NCBI GenBank assembly: GCA_034780895.1 | Contig: JAUZTB010000062.1 | Span: 16,592,366-16,656,365, forward strand | Source: Rhynchobatus australiae | Taxonomy: Eukaryota | DNA: 64,000 nt | Reading direction: 5' to 3' | In this document: positions 1 through 13,310 of the stretch, one piece after another | Layout of the letters: the number at the start of each line of letters is the position of its first letter | How positions within the stretch are numbered: the stretch's first letter is position 1 | The notes under the pieces: generated by a model | Seen by the model: only the letters and a program-made list of their open reading frames with translations | Databases searched by the model: none | What the model was told of the DNA's origin: nothing | Position numbers and translations under genes: made by a program

Positions 1-333
1 CAAAAGAAGTAAATCTAATAGTTGCCTCTTCCCCTACAGCAGTTCCTCTCAATTGAATGGAGATGGAATCTGGCATGGCTTTCTAAGGCAGCATCTGCAG
101 TTTAAGTCCTGGGGAGTTGTTGCAACTTTGTGCTCTGACACTGAACTACATGTTGGACACTTGATGGGAGCATAATTGAGAAAATGTCAGCATTCTGATT
201 TCCAGTATTTCCTGAAAAATTCATGCCTATGAGTATCAAATAAAGTAGTTGTCTAAAGTGGAACCATACTTTGTCGATGATAAAACTTGGAAGAGGCATA
301 AATAAGATAGCCAAATCATCTGAAATTGGGTGT

Positions 334-645
334 GCAACAATGGTGCAGCTTAGTAGTGCTGCTCCCTCACAGCTCCAGCAACTCGTGTTCGATCCTGACC
401 TCTGTATGTGTGGAGTTTGCACATTCTCCCTGTGACTGCATGGGTTTCCTCCTATGTCCCAAAGATATGCAGGTTGGTAGGTAAACTGGCTGCTGTAAAT
501 TGCCCTTGATATGTTGGAGTGGTAGAATCTGGGAGGAGTTGATGGAAATGTGGGGATAAAATGAGTTAGTTTATATGGATGCTTGACAGGCAGTGAAGAT
601 TTTTGTGGGCCATTAGCTGAAGGACCTGTTTCTGAGCTGTATGAT
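334..645 (+). mobile_element. tRNA-derived V-SINE (HE1-like)
   Basis: A-box-like TGGTGCAGCTTAG, B-box GTTCGATCC (~387-395), V-domain-like GTGTGGAGTTTGCACATTCTCCCTGTGACTGCATGGGTTTCC and a CR1-like tail GAAGGACCTGTTTCTGAGCTGTA. Similar copies occur elsewhere in the window. Confidence 0.8.
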
Positions 646-750
646 TCTGAAATTGTTAAACCTGTTATTGTTGAGCTTGGAAGGCTGCATTATAATTTAC
701 TGAAAGATAAAATGTTGTTCCTGAAGTTTACATTGAGTTTCATCGGAATA
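646..750 (-). mobile_element. Penelope-like element remnant, C-terminal end of the GIY-YIG endonuclease ORF
   Basis: The minus strand translates to YSDETQCKLQEQHFIFQ*IIMQPSKLNNNRFNNFR, resembling the recalled vertebrate Penelope ORF end (RKLEEQHLIFRLGxLQPxGxNxEFNNFR). Confidence 0.65.
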
Positions 751-1699
751 AAATAAAGATATATAAGAGATTGAAAGTAATCAGTAACATGTAGGTTATT
801 AGTAAACCATTGTGTAACATTCAGTTAGAAATCTTGAGATTGNNNNNNNNNNNNNNNNNNNNNNNNNNNNNNNNNNNNNNNNNNNNNNNNNNNNNNNNNN
901 NNNNNNNNNNNNNNNNNNNNNATTGCCAGTTTTTGTTTATCTATTTGGATCTGAGGTGAAATGTGTGCTGCAGTCTGTATAATTTGTTGTTAATTTGTGC
1001 ACCAATAAACAATTAGTACATCAGTATTAAACATTTACCATGCAGTTTTAAGTGTTTATAAATTAATTAATACACAAAGAATGGTTCTGAGATAACAATG
1101 ATAAGAACACAATGAATATTTTGTGTTGCTTTTACTTCCTTCCTTGAAGGTTGTATAGTTGTCATTCCCAGGTGAAGTGTGTGTGTTTTTTCATTGGCCT
1201 AGTTTTATAAAATGATGACCTTGATATTGACATTAGTGAAGGATAAGATGCTTTATCGCTCTCTCTTGCATCTGAGTTTTAATTTCCTTCAGTAAACAGT
1301 GGAGTAGGTACACAGATGATGAATGATAGGGAAATTCCTTTCTAAACATGAGCATTAGAGTGCAAGGTCCACTCAAAAATGGGATTATCTGTAGCCATTA
1401 TGTTGCATTCATGAAAGAAAGTGAATCATGCAGATTATGCTTTTGGTATTTTTGTGCAAGCCTTTTACCTTTTGATAGGCATTTGTTCTGGAGGTGAAGG
1501 AGTGACTTAAATTTTGTGGTAGTGGTTTTCATTTGTTGCTTGATTCACAAGTGCACTTTTAACCCCTGTGATAAACTGTTCAAAGCAAAATTTACCTTGC
1601 CAACAGTATGAAACATTATGCTGTTTTGCTACATATCAATGTAACAATTAAATATCCACAAATTGATTTATACTTGTACATGCACAGGCTAATTTTGAT

Positions 1700-2050
1700 T
1701 GAAGCATACAAGAACCTGAGGGTCCTGACTGAAGAGATGTTACCTTTTGTTGGATTATCTAGAACTAGAAGTTGCTATCATAAAAATAAGGGGTCACCCA
1801 TTTAAAATGGATGTGGCATTTTTTTCCCCTGAGGGTTGCGAGTCTTTGGAACTCTTGCTCTCAAAGATTAGTGTCGGCAGAATTTTTGAGTATTTTTAAG
1901 GTAGAGATTGATAAGCAAGAGGGTGAAAGGTTATTGCAGGGGGCAGGAATATAGAGTTGACGTTGCAATCAGAACAGCCATGGTCATCTTGAATGGTGGA
2001 ATAGGTTTGAGGGGCCGATTGGCCTACTCCTAATTCATGTGTTCATATGT
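1700..2050 (+). mobile_element. CR1-type LINE 3' fragment
   Basis: Degenerate CR1 ORF2 end (ATTGAAGCATACAAG...TCTAGAACTAG...TTTAAGGTAGAGATTGAT) followed by the tail GAGGGGCCGATTGGCCTACTCCT. Confidence 0.75.
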
Positions 2051-3984
2051 ACTTGTTTTGAAGAGTCTGGGTTTGTGGTAATCTCCAAATGCAACAAATC
2101 AAAATGATTTCAAAGTAAGAAAAAGTCATTTAACAGAAGGATTCACCGAAATTATGCTCTGGAAAAGACTGCCAATTCCAAATTTTGATCCGGCTGATTT
2201 TAGAAAAGTTGCTCTTCATATATGACTTGATCTATGTCAGTGCAGGTTTTGAAGTTGCAATAATAGTTTAACCTCATAATTCACTCATCTCAGAATAATC
2301 AAATTTTGGATATCCCACCCTAAAATCATAACGTAAATTCTGGTGTTTTTCGCTTTGTTACTATATTTCAGTCAGTTTACTAATGACACAGCAGATTGTA
2401 TTACTGCTTTTAGTCACTGAATTTCGTTTCTGAAATGTTCAGGAAACAGATGAATTTATTTTTAGTTATTACTGTCCATCATCTCAATTCTTTTGATGTT
2501 CCNNNNNNNNNNNNNNNNNNNNNNNNNNNNNNNNNNNNNNNNNNNNNNNNNNNNNNNNNNNNNNNNNNNNNNNNNNNNNNNNNNNNNNNNNNNNNNNNNN
2601 NNNNNNNNNNNNNNNNNNNNNNNNNNNNNNNNNNNNNNNNNNNNNNNNNNNNNNNNNNNNNNNNNNNNNNNNNNNNNNNNNNNNNNNNNNNNNNNNNNNN
2701 NNNNNNNNNNNNNNNNNNNNNNNNNNNNNNNNNNNNNNNNNNNNNNNNNNNNNNNNNNNNNNNNNNNNNNNNNNNNNNNNNNNNNNNNNNNNGCAAAGAC
2801 TCATTTCACTGTGTTTTGATGTACATGTGACTAATAAGGAATTATTATTATTCAAAATTTGCACAAAAGAATGGTGTCTACACAATAGACCTAGGTCTAG
2901 GGCACCAGCTTCAACAAAAGCCTGTCAGCAAGGTCTTTTTAAGCAGGTGCTATGTGACCCAGCCTTGACCTTCACCATCTGTGTCCTGTTTTTCCTGATG
3001 TAAAAATACTCCAATTCCGTATTCAAAAGAGCAAATGTAAAACATGCATCTTGGGGATTATCCTAACATTGGGGCTGTCACAATAATTGATTACCAAATT
3101 AACTAGTCCTGATGAGATAAAATATTGATTATCTTTAGCATAATGGTAATGTTTAATGTGATAATTGTATGAGCTGTGGCAGTAATTGTCACTATGTTAA
3201 TTGTCCAAATCCTTTCACGTGGCTTATCCTGACTTTCTCAGATGGGAATCGTGTGCTCTTCTAATAGAAGAACAAAAAAGTACTTGCATTGAGACTCATT
3301 TTGGTATGGAAGTTTGCAGTGATTTCTAGTTTTCAATAATTTGTATACCTTCGTCCCCTTCATAATATGATGAAAAAGTGCTTTGAATATTTCTACTTAA
3401 CCATAAGTACTTCCATACTGTGGCAAGAATCAATCAAGTACTACTATTCATTTTTATGTTTATATTGCCATCAGAAATGCTTCTTTGATCGTCTTAAATG
3501 GTTAACATTTTGGTGTTGGAAATAGTCATGACAGAAGTTATGTATGAACCCAGTGACCATGTATCTTTCCTTATAGTTGTAGGGTTAAAAACAAAATAGT
3601 TGTAATTGTGAACAAGATCTCGTATGCTTTAAAATGTATGATATTGAACTACCATATGTGAAACTACTATAAGTTTTGGTGTACTGTCTCCCATAGTTTT
3701 GAAAGTCCAAAAAAACTTTTTTAATCTTGCCTTAATTGCTCAATTTAAAACAAAGCCATTATAAAACGGAGCTAAATAATATTTATCACATAAAGCGGTG
3801 GAACAGAATGAGCCATCCCAATTTCTAAATTCTTAACAGCTGTGACTTTAACAGAAATTCCCCCAGCCACCACACTACCTCCAATAATGCTGAAACAAAT
3901 ATTTTCAGTAATTGCACCTGTAAGAGAACGTTATTTTATAACATATGCTTTGAGAAGCCCTTATCCCTTCTGTGATATCATAGA

Positions 3985-4670
3985 AAAACGAGCATGAAAG
4001 CTGATAAATCTCAAGGACTGATGTACATCCCAGAGTTTTACAAAAAGCGTTATGGAGATATGGAAGAGCTAGTTATCATCTTCAAAAATTTTATGGATTC
4101 TGTGTTAGTTTCTGGAGATTAGAAGGCAGTAAATGTGACCCTACTACTAAAGAAAGCAGGGAGAGAAAGTTTTGGGGGGGGAGAAAAGGGGAGCTGTCAA
4201 CCTTTAAGTGTGACATACGTAATTGGGAAAATATTGGAATTTGTAATGTGCTGTCAGGAACATAGAAAATAATGATGTGATTGAACAGAATCAACATGAA
4301 TTTATGATAGGGAAATCATGCTTGACTAATCTTTGGAATTCTTAGGATGCATCTTGTAGAATGGATGAGGGGAAATTAGTAGATACAGTACATTTGAATT
4401 TTAAGATTTTGATGAGGTCCTACACAAGTTGGCAAACGATGTGAAATAAATTCACTCGGTGGTGATGGACCCTTAGAATTCTGTACCCTGGAGGGCTGAA
4501 CTAGTTCAGTCATTGTTTGCGTTCAGAATTCAAGTTGATAATATCTGATCATTAGCAGAGAAAAGTGATCTGAGTACAGGGTTGGAAAATGGTATTTGGG
4601 ATGGAAGATCAGCCATGATCTTGCTAAGCGGTGTAGCAGACACAAGGAGCCAAATGGTGTTTCTCATTTC
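3985..4670 (+). mobile_element. CR1-type LINE fragment (RT region and 3' end, internally deleted)
   Basis: Decayed KADKSxG / NVTxLxKKxGR / GKSCLTNL motifs and the tail GATCAGCCATGATCTT. Confidence 0.7.
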
Positions 4671-4679
4671 CTTTTGACA

Positions 4680-4995
4680 CGAGCAGACAACTCAGCCCAC
4701 TGAGTCCATGCTAGCTCTGAGCAATCCCAATTCCCCTTATTTCCCAGTAAGCTATTATCTCTCGCATGCTTATCAAGTCCATCCTGATTCTTCTACCATC
4801 CACTTAATTTTATGGTAACTTATCAACTTGCCATTCAGCACGACTTTTGAGAATTGGAAATAAACTGGAGCGTACAGGGGAAGTCATACCATCACAGGGA
4901 GAACATGCAAACCCAATGCAGACAGCACTGGAGATTGGGATTGTATCCAGGTCATTGGATCTTTGAGGCAGTGGTGCAACCTACTGTTCCACTAC
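4680..4995 (-). mobile_element. tRNA-derived V-SINE (HE1-like), reverse orientation
   Basis: Reverse-complement of the V-domain (CACAGGGAGAACATGCAAAC...GACAGCACTGGAG) and of the tRNA-like head. Confidence 0.7.
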
Positions 4996-5464
4996 TTCTG
5001 TGTTCTGTTACTTTATTCCATAATTTTTGTTAATTTGTTTTTGAAACTTAAAACAAAATCTGCTCTAAGTTTCAAAAACAAATTGTACTGTGTGCATCCC
5101 ATACAAAATCTGCTTGAAAGCATCTTGTTAAACAGACCTAATATGTTAAAACTCAGTAATTTATGTAGATATACCTAGTATACCATAGTTATCTTAGACC
5201 AGTGTTATTTATTGTACTGTATTTGTATGCTTACACAAACAATAACCATTTGAAAAACTGTCATAAGAAGAAATAATTACCTGTATAGAATATAGACCCA
5301 TGGCTTGCTCATTTTGTAAAAGTATATAGTCCTAAAGTGTGAAACAAATAATGTATGTAGCCTTCATGATAAACTCTTCATTCTTCATTTTCCTCAGCAG
5401 TGCTCTTTCAGCTTCTTAAAATTTGAGTTTCAACTATTTTTGATGTTTAAATTAAATTGAATGC

Positions 5465-5765
5465 AGGATTCTCCTTCAAATGAAACATTAAACTAAAGCA
5501 GAGTATGCTTGTTCTCCTGGCTCAAGTAGAGCATAAAAGTACATGATACTATTTGAAGCAGCATGCTTTCTTGGATCTCTCAACAATTTAACTGATTAAT
5601 TCTAAGGTTTCATAGCATCTTCTATTTGGAAGTTTAATGTGTGCAAAATGGTTACTATGCTTGCCTGTACAAGACACTGCACTTCAAAGTAATTCATTGT
5701 ATTTAAGCTATTGTCAGTTATTTCTGAGGAATGTAATGAGCAAACCATATGGATATAAGTTTATC
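5465..5765 (+). mobile_element. Ancient DeuSINE-like (SacSINE1/AmnSINE1-related) remnant
   Basis: Degenerate Deu-domain-like GAAACATTAAACT...CATGATACTATTTGAAG and the tail GTGTGCAAAATGG...CACTTCAAAGTAATTCATTG. Confidence 0.5.
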
Positions 5766-8700
5766 ATTTGTTAAATGACTTTGCAATCAGCAGAGCTCCT
5801 GAGATGTTTTGGGATTTTTGATCTTTTAGTGTCCTTCACAGGGTTTAGTACAGGGCTATGTTTAAAATGCTTCTGAGAGCTATATGAAGTTCAGTTAACT
5901 GTTCAAATGTCACTGTTTTTGCATATTTAGAATTTATAGGATGGGACCTCTGTTGTGTCACCTACCAAGGGTTTGCCAGTAAAATGAGTCAACAATACTC
6001 AGCTAACCCCTAAAACCATCAACAAATTCAAGAATAACAATTGTATCAAAATCTGTATTATTGAGTTGTGGGCATGCTCAACTTGATTGCTATTGACTAT
6101 TGATAAAGAGAAATGGGTCCTACCACCTGTTACTTTCAGTGGATCCTATTTATTCCACCGCTTTTACATCCAGCATCTCGGTTGTTTGCATACAAGTACC
6201 TTTTTCTTACAAAGGCAGGTAGCCAGCCCAATAATCAACTCCCTTTGCTTGCCATTCTTCCCATTGAATAGGTGCATCACATTGAATGTTGTTTCTGTAT
6301 TCAGAGGCTGGAAGTTGGCCTTTATTTGTTGCAGTTATCTAGAATTGATCTCAGGCAGAAATGTTGGCGCTGCACCAAAGCTTATTCTAGCTGGCAATGC
6401 TACTATAATAAAGCAGAGCTATACTTAAAATGACAGTGAGAATGTTGGAAGGGGAGAGTATATTTTTAAACTGGAATACCTTTTAGTATTTTTCAATGAA
6501 TAGGAATGTTCCTTTTATTTTTGAAACATACTTTTCAGATGTCTTGTAGTAAAAAAATTAAATAGGATGAACCTATTGTGTTTGGAAGGCTGAAAAGCTG
6601 GTAGTAATTGTCCAGCACCATGGAAACATTTAAAATTTGGAGAATTCTCAATATTGAACAATAAGTGATAAATAACAGTCAAAAGAATTACATATTTTGA
6701 TTAAAATATGGTGCAAGATAGATCTGAAATGTTGAATATCTGCCAAATTCAGCCACTTGACAAAGGTCTAATAGAATGATATTTGACAGGNNNNNNNNNN
6801 NNNNNNNNNNNNNNNNNNNNNNNNNNNNNNNNNNNNNNNNNNNNNNNNNNNNNNNNNNNNNNNNNNNNNNNNNNNNNNNNNNNNNNNNNNNNNNNNNNNN
6901 NNNNNNNNNNNNNNNNNNNNNNNNNNNNNNNNNNNNNNNNNNNNNNNNNNNNNNNNNNNNNNNNNNNNNNNNNNNNNNNNNNNNNNNNNNNNNNNNNNNN
7001 NNNNNNNNNNNNNNNNNNNNNNNNNNNNNNNNNNNNNNNNNNNNNNNNNNNNNNNNNNNNNNNNNNNNNNNNNNNNNNNNNNNNNNNNNNNNNNNNNNNN
7101 NNNNNNNNNNNNNNNNNNNNNNNNNNNNNNNNNNNNNNNNNNNNNNNNNNNNNNNNNNNNNNNNNNNNNNNNNNNNNNNNNNNNNNNNNNNNNNNNNNNN
7201 NNNNNNNNNNNNNNNNNNNNNNNNNNNNNNNNNNNNNNNNNNNNNNNNNNNNNNNNNNNNNNNNNNNNNNNNNNNNNACTATTCTAACTGCCCTTTTGAC
7301 AATCCTGAGTTGCATCACTCCTACCCTTCTGTTTTGATTTGTTATCTGTCCCTTTAAAACCTTTTATTTGGCCCTATGTTCTCTCTATACTTCAGTGAAA
7401 AATTGTTTCCTTTCTAAAGGCTCTTTTCATAATTTCTTTTGCCGGTGTTTTTTCAGTAAATTATTCACTATACCCACTGCATTGGCTCTAATATCCTGCC
7501 TGAAGCTAGACACAATACTCTGAATGTTATCTTAGTATTATCTTTTACAAATTCACTGTCACTTCTTTGACCTACTATTAAGTGTCACATTATTAAAATA
7601 CTATAATGTCCCTATTATTAAAACCCTATAATGCCACTATTATTAAACAACCATAATTCCATTATATTTTTGCAGCCTTTTACATTGCAACCCTTTAAAT
7701 ATCTGTGCATAGATGGTCCTTGATCTCTCCACCTTTTTGCTAACTAATTTTACCATTTATGGTAAACCTACCTTTTGCTGTTTTTTTTCTTGAAGTGCAT
7801 TATTTCACATTCTCCTCCATTGATTTGTATTTGCCATTTATCTAACTACTCTATTAACCTGTCAACGTCCTCCTGCAATCTTCCTTATTCTTGATAGATT
7901 GTCATGTTCCTAGTTTCAGTACAATTCAATATGCCTATATTTGAATCTTTAATAGAACTGAAAATCAAATGCCTGTATATGCAACTATCTGAAAAGTAGA
8001 CATTTAATTAAACAGCTTGTTAGTCCATGATCATGACCCTCCACAGAATGATATATTTAATCGTGGATTCTTAATTTTTATCTGATTAAACTCCTTAACA
8101 CCCATTTGTAAATATCAACTGCCTTTTGATCTGTGCTTCTCTGAAATGTAGTTGAATTGGATTATGATGATCTGCTTTTGGACCAATGCTAACTTTTCCT
8201 AATTAGCTCCTGCTTTTTCCAAATGTTCAGTAATATAATTTCATATTACCTTTGCTAGAGGATTGCACACGATTGTGTTCTCTGAGCTTTTTGAACAGGG
8301 ATGCATTTGTCTTAGTTCTCTTCCTATTGGTACAATTCAGTGGTTAGTGATTCCCTTCCAGCAGATTCTAGGTCGTCTTGATCTAAAGCCACAGTCAAAA
8401 GGATTGTTTAATGCCATTATCTTTGAAAATTTATCTACAATAGTTACTCGAGCATGTACTTGGGTACTTCCTGTAGCTCCCCAATCTACTTTGGGTGCTG
8501 CTTTTAAAGCATATTTGTGATCCCACGTCACCTTTCCTTTTGTACTTTAACTTTCTATAGTTGTCTTATTCTGTTATCCTCCCGCTTTTGATTTATGTTC
8601 ATCATCATTTTCTTAGTATTCTTCTGTATTATTCCCATTTCTCATGCCTTCAAGAAAAATATTTACTTTCGTACTCTTTGGTATGGAACTCCGTCCTGTG

Positions 8701-8884
8701 GCATACATCCTTACTGTTTGTTGGACCTGTATTTAACCTTTACTTGATCCATTTTCTATTGAAACAGCTCCCACTGCTGGTCTACTCTGAGTAGCTTTAA
8801 TTAGACAATTTATTCCAAGCTATGTCATGGGACAATGGAGGAAAAGATTTGAGGTTTTGCTTAAAATCTCCTTGGGGAAGAGAA

Positions 8885-9170
8885 ACCACCTCTACTGATT
8901 CTTGGGAATCCCTGTCCCACGAACACTCAAAGTGGAGAAAGAACATTTGGGACAACATTGAGAACATCGAGTTCATGTATCAAGAGTGCACGGAAATCCT
9001 GTATCAACAGCAAAAAAAAAGCACATCTCTCAAACTCTCTATCTGCACCTCCTGCCCCTTCTGTGAAAAGTCTGTGGTTCTCATCGGCCTCATCAGTCGA
9101 CTCAAGGCCTATAAATCTGGAGTGGAAGCAAGTCATCCTCGATCACGAGGGATCGTTCAAGGAGAAAGAG
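8885..9170 (+). mobile_element. RTE-clade LINE 3' end
   Basis: ORF 8822-9217 contains DSWESLSHEHSKWRKNI...CPFCEKSVVLIGLISRLKAY, a decayed C-terminal zinc-finger region typical of RTE. It ends with GGAAGCAAGTCATCCTCGATC. Confidence 0.75.
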
Positions 9171-12079
9171 TTCTCTTTGCTATTCTCAGCTCCAGAATCT
9201 TTACCTTAAATCTTTGACCCTTTATTTTAACTGTGAACCTAGAGGGATTAAATTCACTATTTCGCTCTTCAAGTACTTGTCCTGACCTTTGGCAAGATCT
9301 AGCACAATACTTTTATAGTTATAAACCATATACACTAAGAAAATAGTTCTGGATTTATTTTTGGAGGGCATCCCAATTTGATCAAACATTTTTTTATCCC
9401 TATCTATTTTAAGGTAGCTGAATCCTATATAATTTCAATTGTATTAAATTAACAAAGATGTACTCAAGTTATCTAAAAACTGTTCCAGTGGATAAATAAA
9501 ATATTAAAAAATCAACTTAAAGTATTAAATGAAAATTAAAAACTAAGGTGAAACAAGTAAACCTGCACTTCATTTGAAAAGGGTTGCTGACCCTAAGTAA
9601 ACAGTGAAGGTCATGTTGCTTTTATCTGTGAGGAACTGAATGTGGAGTATGTTTGGCCTCTGCTCAAATTCTGTTGCTTCACTGTTGAGTTCACTGACTG
9701 GGAGGTTAGATGTGCCAGTATTTCAATGCTTATGTGCTGAAGTCAGATGATATAAACAGCATAGATAACTCTCAGCTAAAGGTGAATATAACCCAGCCGT
9801 AGGTAATGTTACAAGAGTTCTAGCACCTGCATTTTCCCTACGTTATTGTGTACAAGTTTACAGTAAAATAAAAAGCACAACTATAAAAGAAAAACTTGGT
9901 AAACAACTATGTCTAAGTTGAGTCGGCCTCAGGAGTAAGTAATAAAATCCACTAAATGTGTGTATTAATGGCAATACGGTGATGTTCTCTGTTCATTAGC
10001 GTGCAGCTATGGGAAGGGAAAGCGCTGACTGGTAGTAAAAATTGAAGTCCATTTCCAAGCCACATCCTTGAGGCCTTATTGTTGAAAGGAATCTGCAAGC
10101 ATATTTAATAACTTTCATTTAATTGTGCCCTCTAAGACAGTTTCATAGGGATGTAGATAGTAAACCTTGGCCACAAATGCATAGCCCCTATGTGGTTGTG
10201 TTCAGCATAAAAATATCTGATCAGAGTGTGCAAATACAGTAGAGGCCTTTTAATAGTGAAATTTTGTTTCACAGAACAATGCTAATATTTTCTAGCTGGC
10301 AGTTAGATGAAATATAGGAAATGAGCTTGGTTCTGGTAAATCAGGTTTGTTTGTTTACATTATCATTGCAGTGATTCAAAGAATTTCAGGATGTAAAACG
10401 CATGCAATTTAACAATGTGTTGGTCTTTGCTTAGGAAAAAAGTGACAAATTTCGTGCCCACTGTGTGATGGTTTAGCTAAGTTTTGTATGTATAGGGAAA
10501 TCATGAATCTTTATTGTAGCCTGCAGATAAAACAATTATATCAAAGACTCAGTTTGATGGATGACTGTATTTGAACTACTCATAAAAGGAAGTATATTAA
10601 AACTTGAAGTTCAAATTCCTTTGGCTTTAATTAACCATTAATTGAAATAAACTGAAAATAATTAATAAAATACAATTGAACAGTTAACACAGTGGAAGCA
10701 AGTTAAAAGGAATGGTACGAAAAGTTCTTCTGTGATAGCTGTAAAGATCCATGTTAAAATGAGTTTGAGCAGTTCAATGGGTATTTACCATACATTACAT
10801 GAAACATAGTGTAGATGACCTTAATTCCAACAAGATATGGGTGCCTGGTGGAATAAGTGGGAAAAGAATCAGTGCTGCAATAAAGGGTGCTTTTTAGAAT
10901 TGATATTGAAGAATATTGAACTTTCTGTACTATCTTTGCACTATTGATTTATATGAGAGTATTTTAAAAATAGTGTTCTCATCGCATTGTGTTTACAACA
11001 GAAAATAATATTCTGTTTTCCCATTGTGAGAAAAATCTTTCAAAAGTGGATTAAGCTTTGAATATCATTGTTCAAGCATTGTGCTACCTCCCCATATTAC
11101 TGATCTATTGAGGGAAATGTGTATTCAAATAGCTAACAGCCCAGGTGAATTAAGCCATAATCAGATCTATCCTTGAAATTGCAGCTATTATGGATGTGCT
11201 GAAGAATCTGGGAAACATCTCCTTTCTGGTTAACAGCATGTGCACTATGTACCAGCACAGCTTTTACATCACCTGTGCCCCTTAATCAATAAACATCTGT
11301 TTCCCATTCAATTTACACAAGCTTGTTTTATTTTAACATGTGTTTTTAATTTGAGAAAGTACCTTGTTTTTGCTTTGTGGATTGATTTTTAATTAATAAG
11401 CTGGCTGGTGGAATTGGTTAATGTTTCTGTTAATGAAGAATAAAAATGAAAGCAGTCATTTTGGTCAGAACTATTTGGCAGTGCTTTATGGAAAATGTAA
11501 AGGAAGGGTGGGGGGGAAGATGGGAAACATGTCTCCCATTCCCACAAACTGTACCCCATCTTTTTTAAATCATCTATTTTTTGTTCATATTAGAAAGCAT
11601 GCAAGGGTATATTACTGCCACACCTTGTTTCCAGTTTCAATTACATGCATTGTTAGGATTAAAGTTGGTACTCTACAACTACAAGTCTATCTGAGACCAC
11701 ATAGGAGACTAATCTAACATCAGGGATATTAATGAAAAATACTACCTGGCAACATGTCTTTGTAGCAATACCACACCAACTTCATTATGACATGACACAA
11801 ATTCATCATTTTCCAACAACCTAATTTCTGTTTGTAATTTCCTTCTACTGCTGTAGCACAATTCAGTCTACACTGAACAGTGTTCCCTGCATCAGCAAAA
11901 CTAAATTCATCGGTAATTACTATTTTAAATGTTTCATTGTGGGCAACAGAATATGCACATTATTTGGTGGGTGAGGAAGTAAAATACCAAATGCGATTTC
12001 ATTTCTATCCAATGCGTGAACTTAAGGTTCCCGAATGCTTCATCTGTGTTTTGAACAGCAGGCCAAAGATTCCGAGACA

Positions 12080-12310
12080 GCAAGATGGTGAAGCTAGTAG
12101 AACCACTGTGTCATTTCAGAGACCTGGATTCAATCCTGACTCTGGGTGCTGTCTTTGGGCTGTTTGTATGTTCTCTCTATGACCATGTGGGTTTCCTCCA
12201 GGTGCGCTGGTTTCCTCTCACATCCCAAAGACGTGCAGATTAGTAGGTTAAGTGGCTGCTGAAATTTGCCCCTAGTGTGTAGTGGAATCTGGGGGGGGGG
12301 GGGGGGTTTT
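12080..12310 (+). mobile_element. V-SINE (HE1-like), running into a gap
   Basis: GACCTGGATTCAATCCTGAC B-box-like motif and TGGGTTTCCTCCAGGTGCGCTGGTTTCCTCTCACATCCCAAAGACGTGC. Confidence 0.8.
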
Positions 12311-12909
12311 GTTNNNNNNNNNNNNNNNNNNNNNNNNNNNNNNNNNNNNNNNNNNNNNNNNNNNNNNNNNNNNNNNNNNNNNNNNNNNNNNNNNNNNNNN
12401 NNNNNNNNNNNNNNNNNNNNNNNNNNNNNNNNNNNNNNNNNNNNNNNNNNNNNNNNNNNNNNNNNNNNNNNNNNNNNNNNNNNNNNNNNNNNNNNNNNNN
12501 NNNNNNNNNNNNNNNNNNNNNNNNNNNNNNNNNNNNNNNNNNNNNNNNNNNNNNNNNNNNNNNNNNNNNNNNNNNNNNNNNNNNNNNNNNNNNNNNNNNN
12601 NNNNNNNNNNNNNNNNNNNNNNNNNNNNNNNNNNNNNNNNNNNNNNNNNNNNNNNNNNNNNNNNNNNNNNNNNNNNNNNNNNNNNNNNNNNNNNNNNNNN
12701 NNNNNNNNNNNNNNNNNNNNNNNNNNNNNNNNNNNNNNNNNNNNNNNNNNNNNNNNNNNNNNNNNNNNNNNNNNNNNNNNNNNNNNNNNNNNNNNNNNNN
12801 NNNNNNNNNNNNNNNNNNNNNNNNNNNNNNNNNNNNNNNNNNNNNNNNNNNNNNNNNNNNNNNNNNNNNNNNNNNNNNNNNNNNNNNNNNNNNNNNNNNN
12901 NNNNNNNNA

Positions 12910-13310
12910 TTGGCTATAAGGAGAGGTTGGACAAACTTGGATTGTTTTCTATGGAGTGTCAGAGGGGTGAACAGATAGAAGTATAAAAATTGAGGGATGT
13001 GGATAGGGTTGATAGGTGGTCTTTTTCCAGGATGGAAATGTCAAACTTCGCAGGGCAAGTTTAAGGTGAAAGGGAGAAAGGTTAAATGAGATTGGCAAGT
13101 TTTTTACACTATGGTGGGTACCTGGAATGTGCTGCCAGGGGAAGTGGTAAAAGTGGATTTGATAGCAATGTTTGAGGCATTTATTCAAACACATGAACAG
13201 GCAGGTAATAGAGAGGTGCAGACAGATGGGATTAGTTTAGATTGGCACCATGCTCAGCACATATATGGTGGCCCAGGGCCTGCTCATGTGCTGTACTGTT
13301 CCATGTTCTA
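12910..13310 (+). mobile_element. CR1/HER1 LINE 3' end
   Basis: GYKERLDKLGLFSME motif and the tail GGGCCTGCTCATGTGCTGTACTGTTCCATGTTCTA. Confidence 0.85.

Noticed and set aside
1212-1275. ATGATGA...CTGA, resembling a C/D-box snoRNA
   Set aside because: Only a weak A/U terminal stem, no convincing C'/D' boxes and no recognisable rRNA guide. Expected by chance in AT-rich DNA.
2886-2899. Perfect 14-bp palindrome TAGACCTAGGTCTA
   Set aside because: A few palindromes of this length are expected by chance in 64 kb.
8822-9217. 131-aa ORF with a zinc-finger-like motif
   Set aside because: It is a decayed RTE LINE C-terminus, not a host gene.
12291-12306. Poly-G run as a possible G-quadruplex
   Set aside because: It lies inside a SINE next to a gap and is probably an expanded homopolymer or a sequencing artefact.
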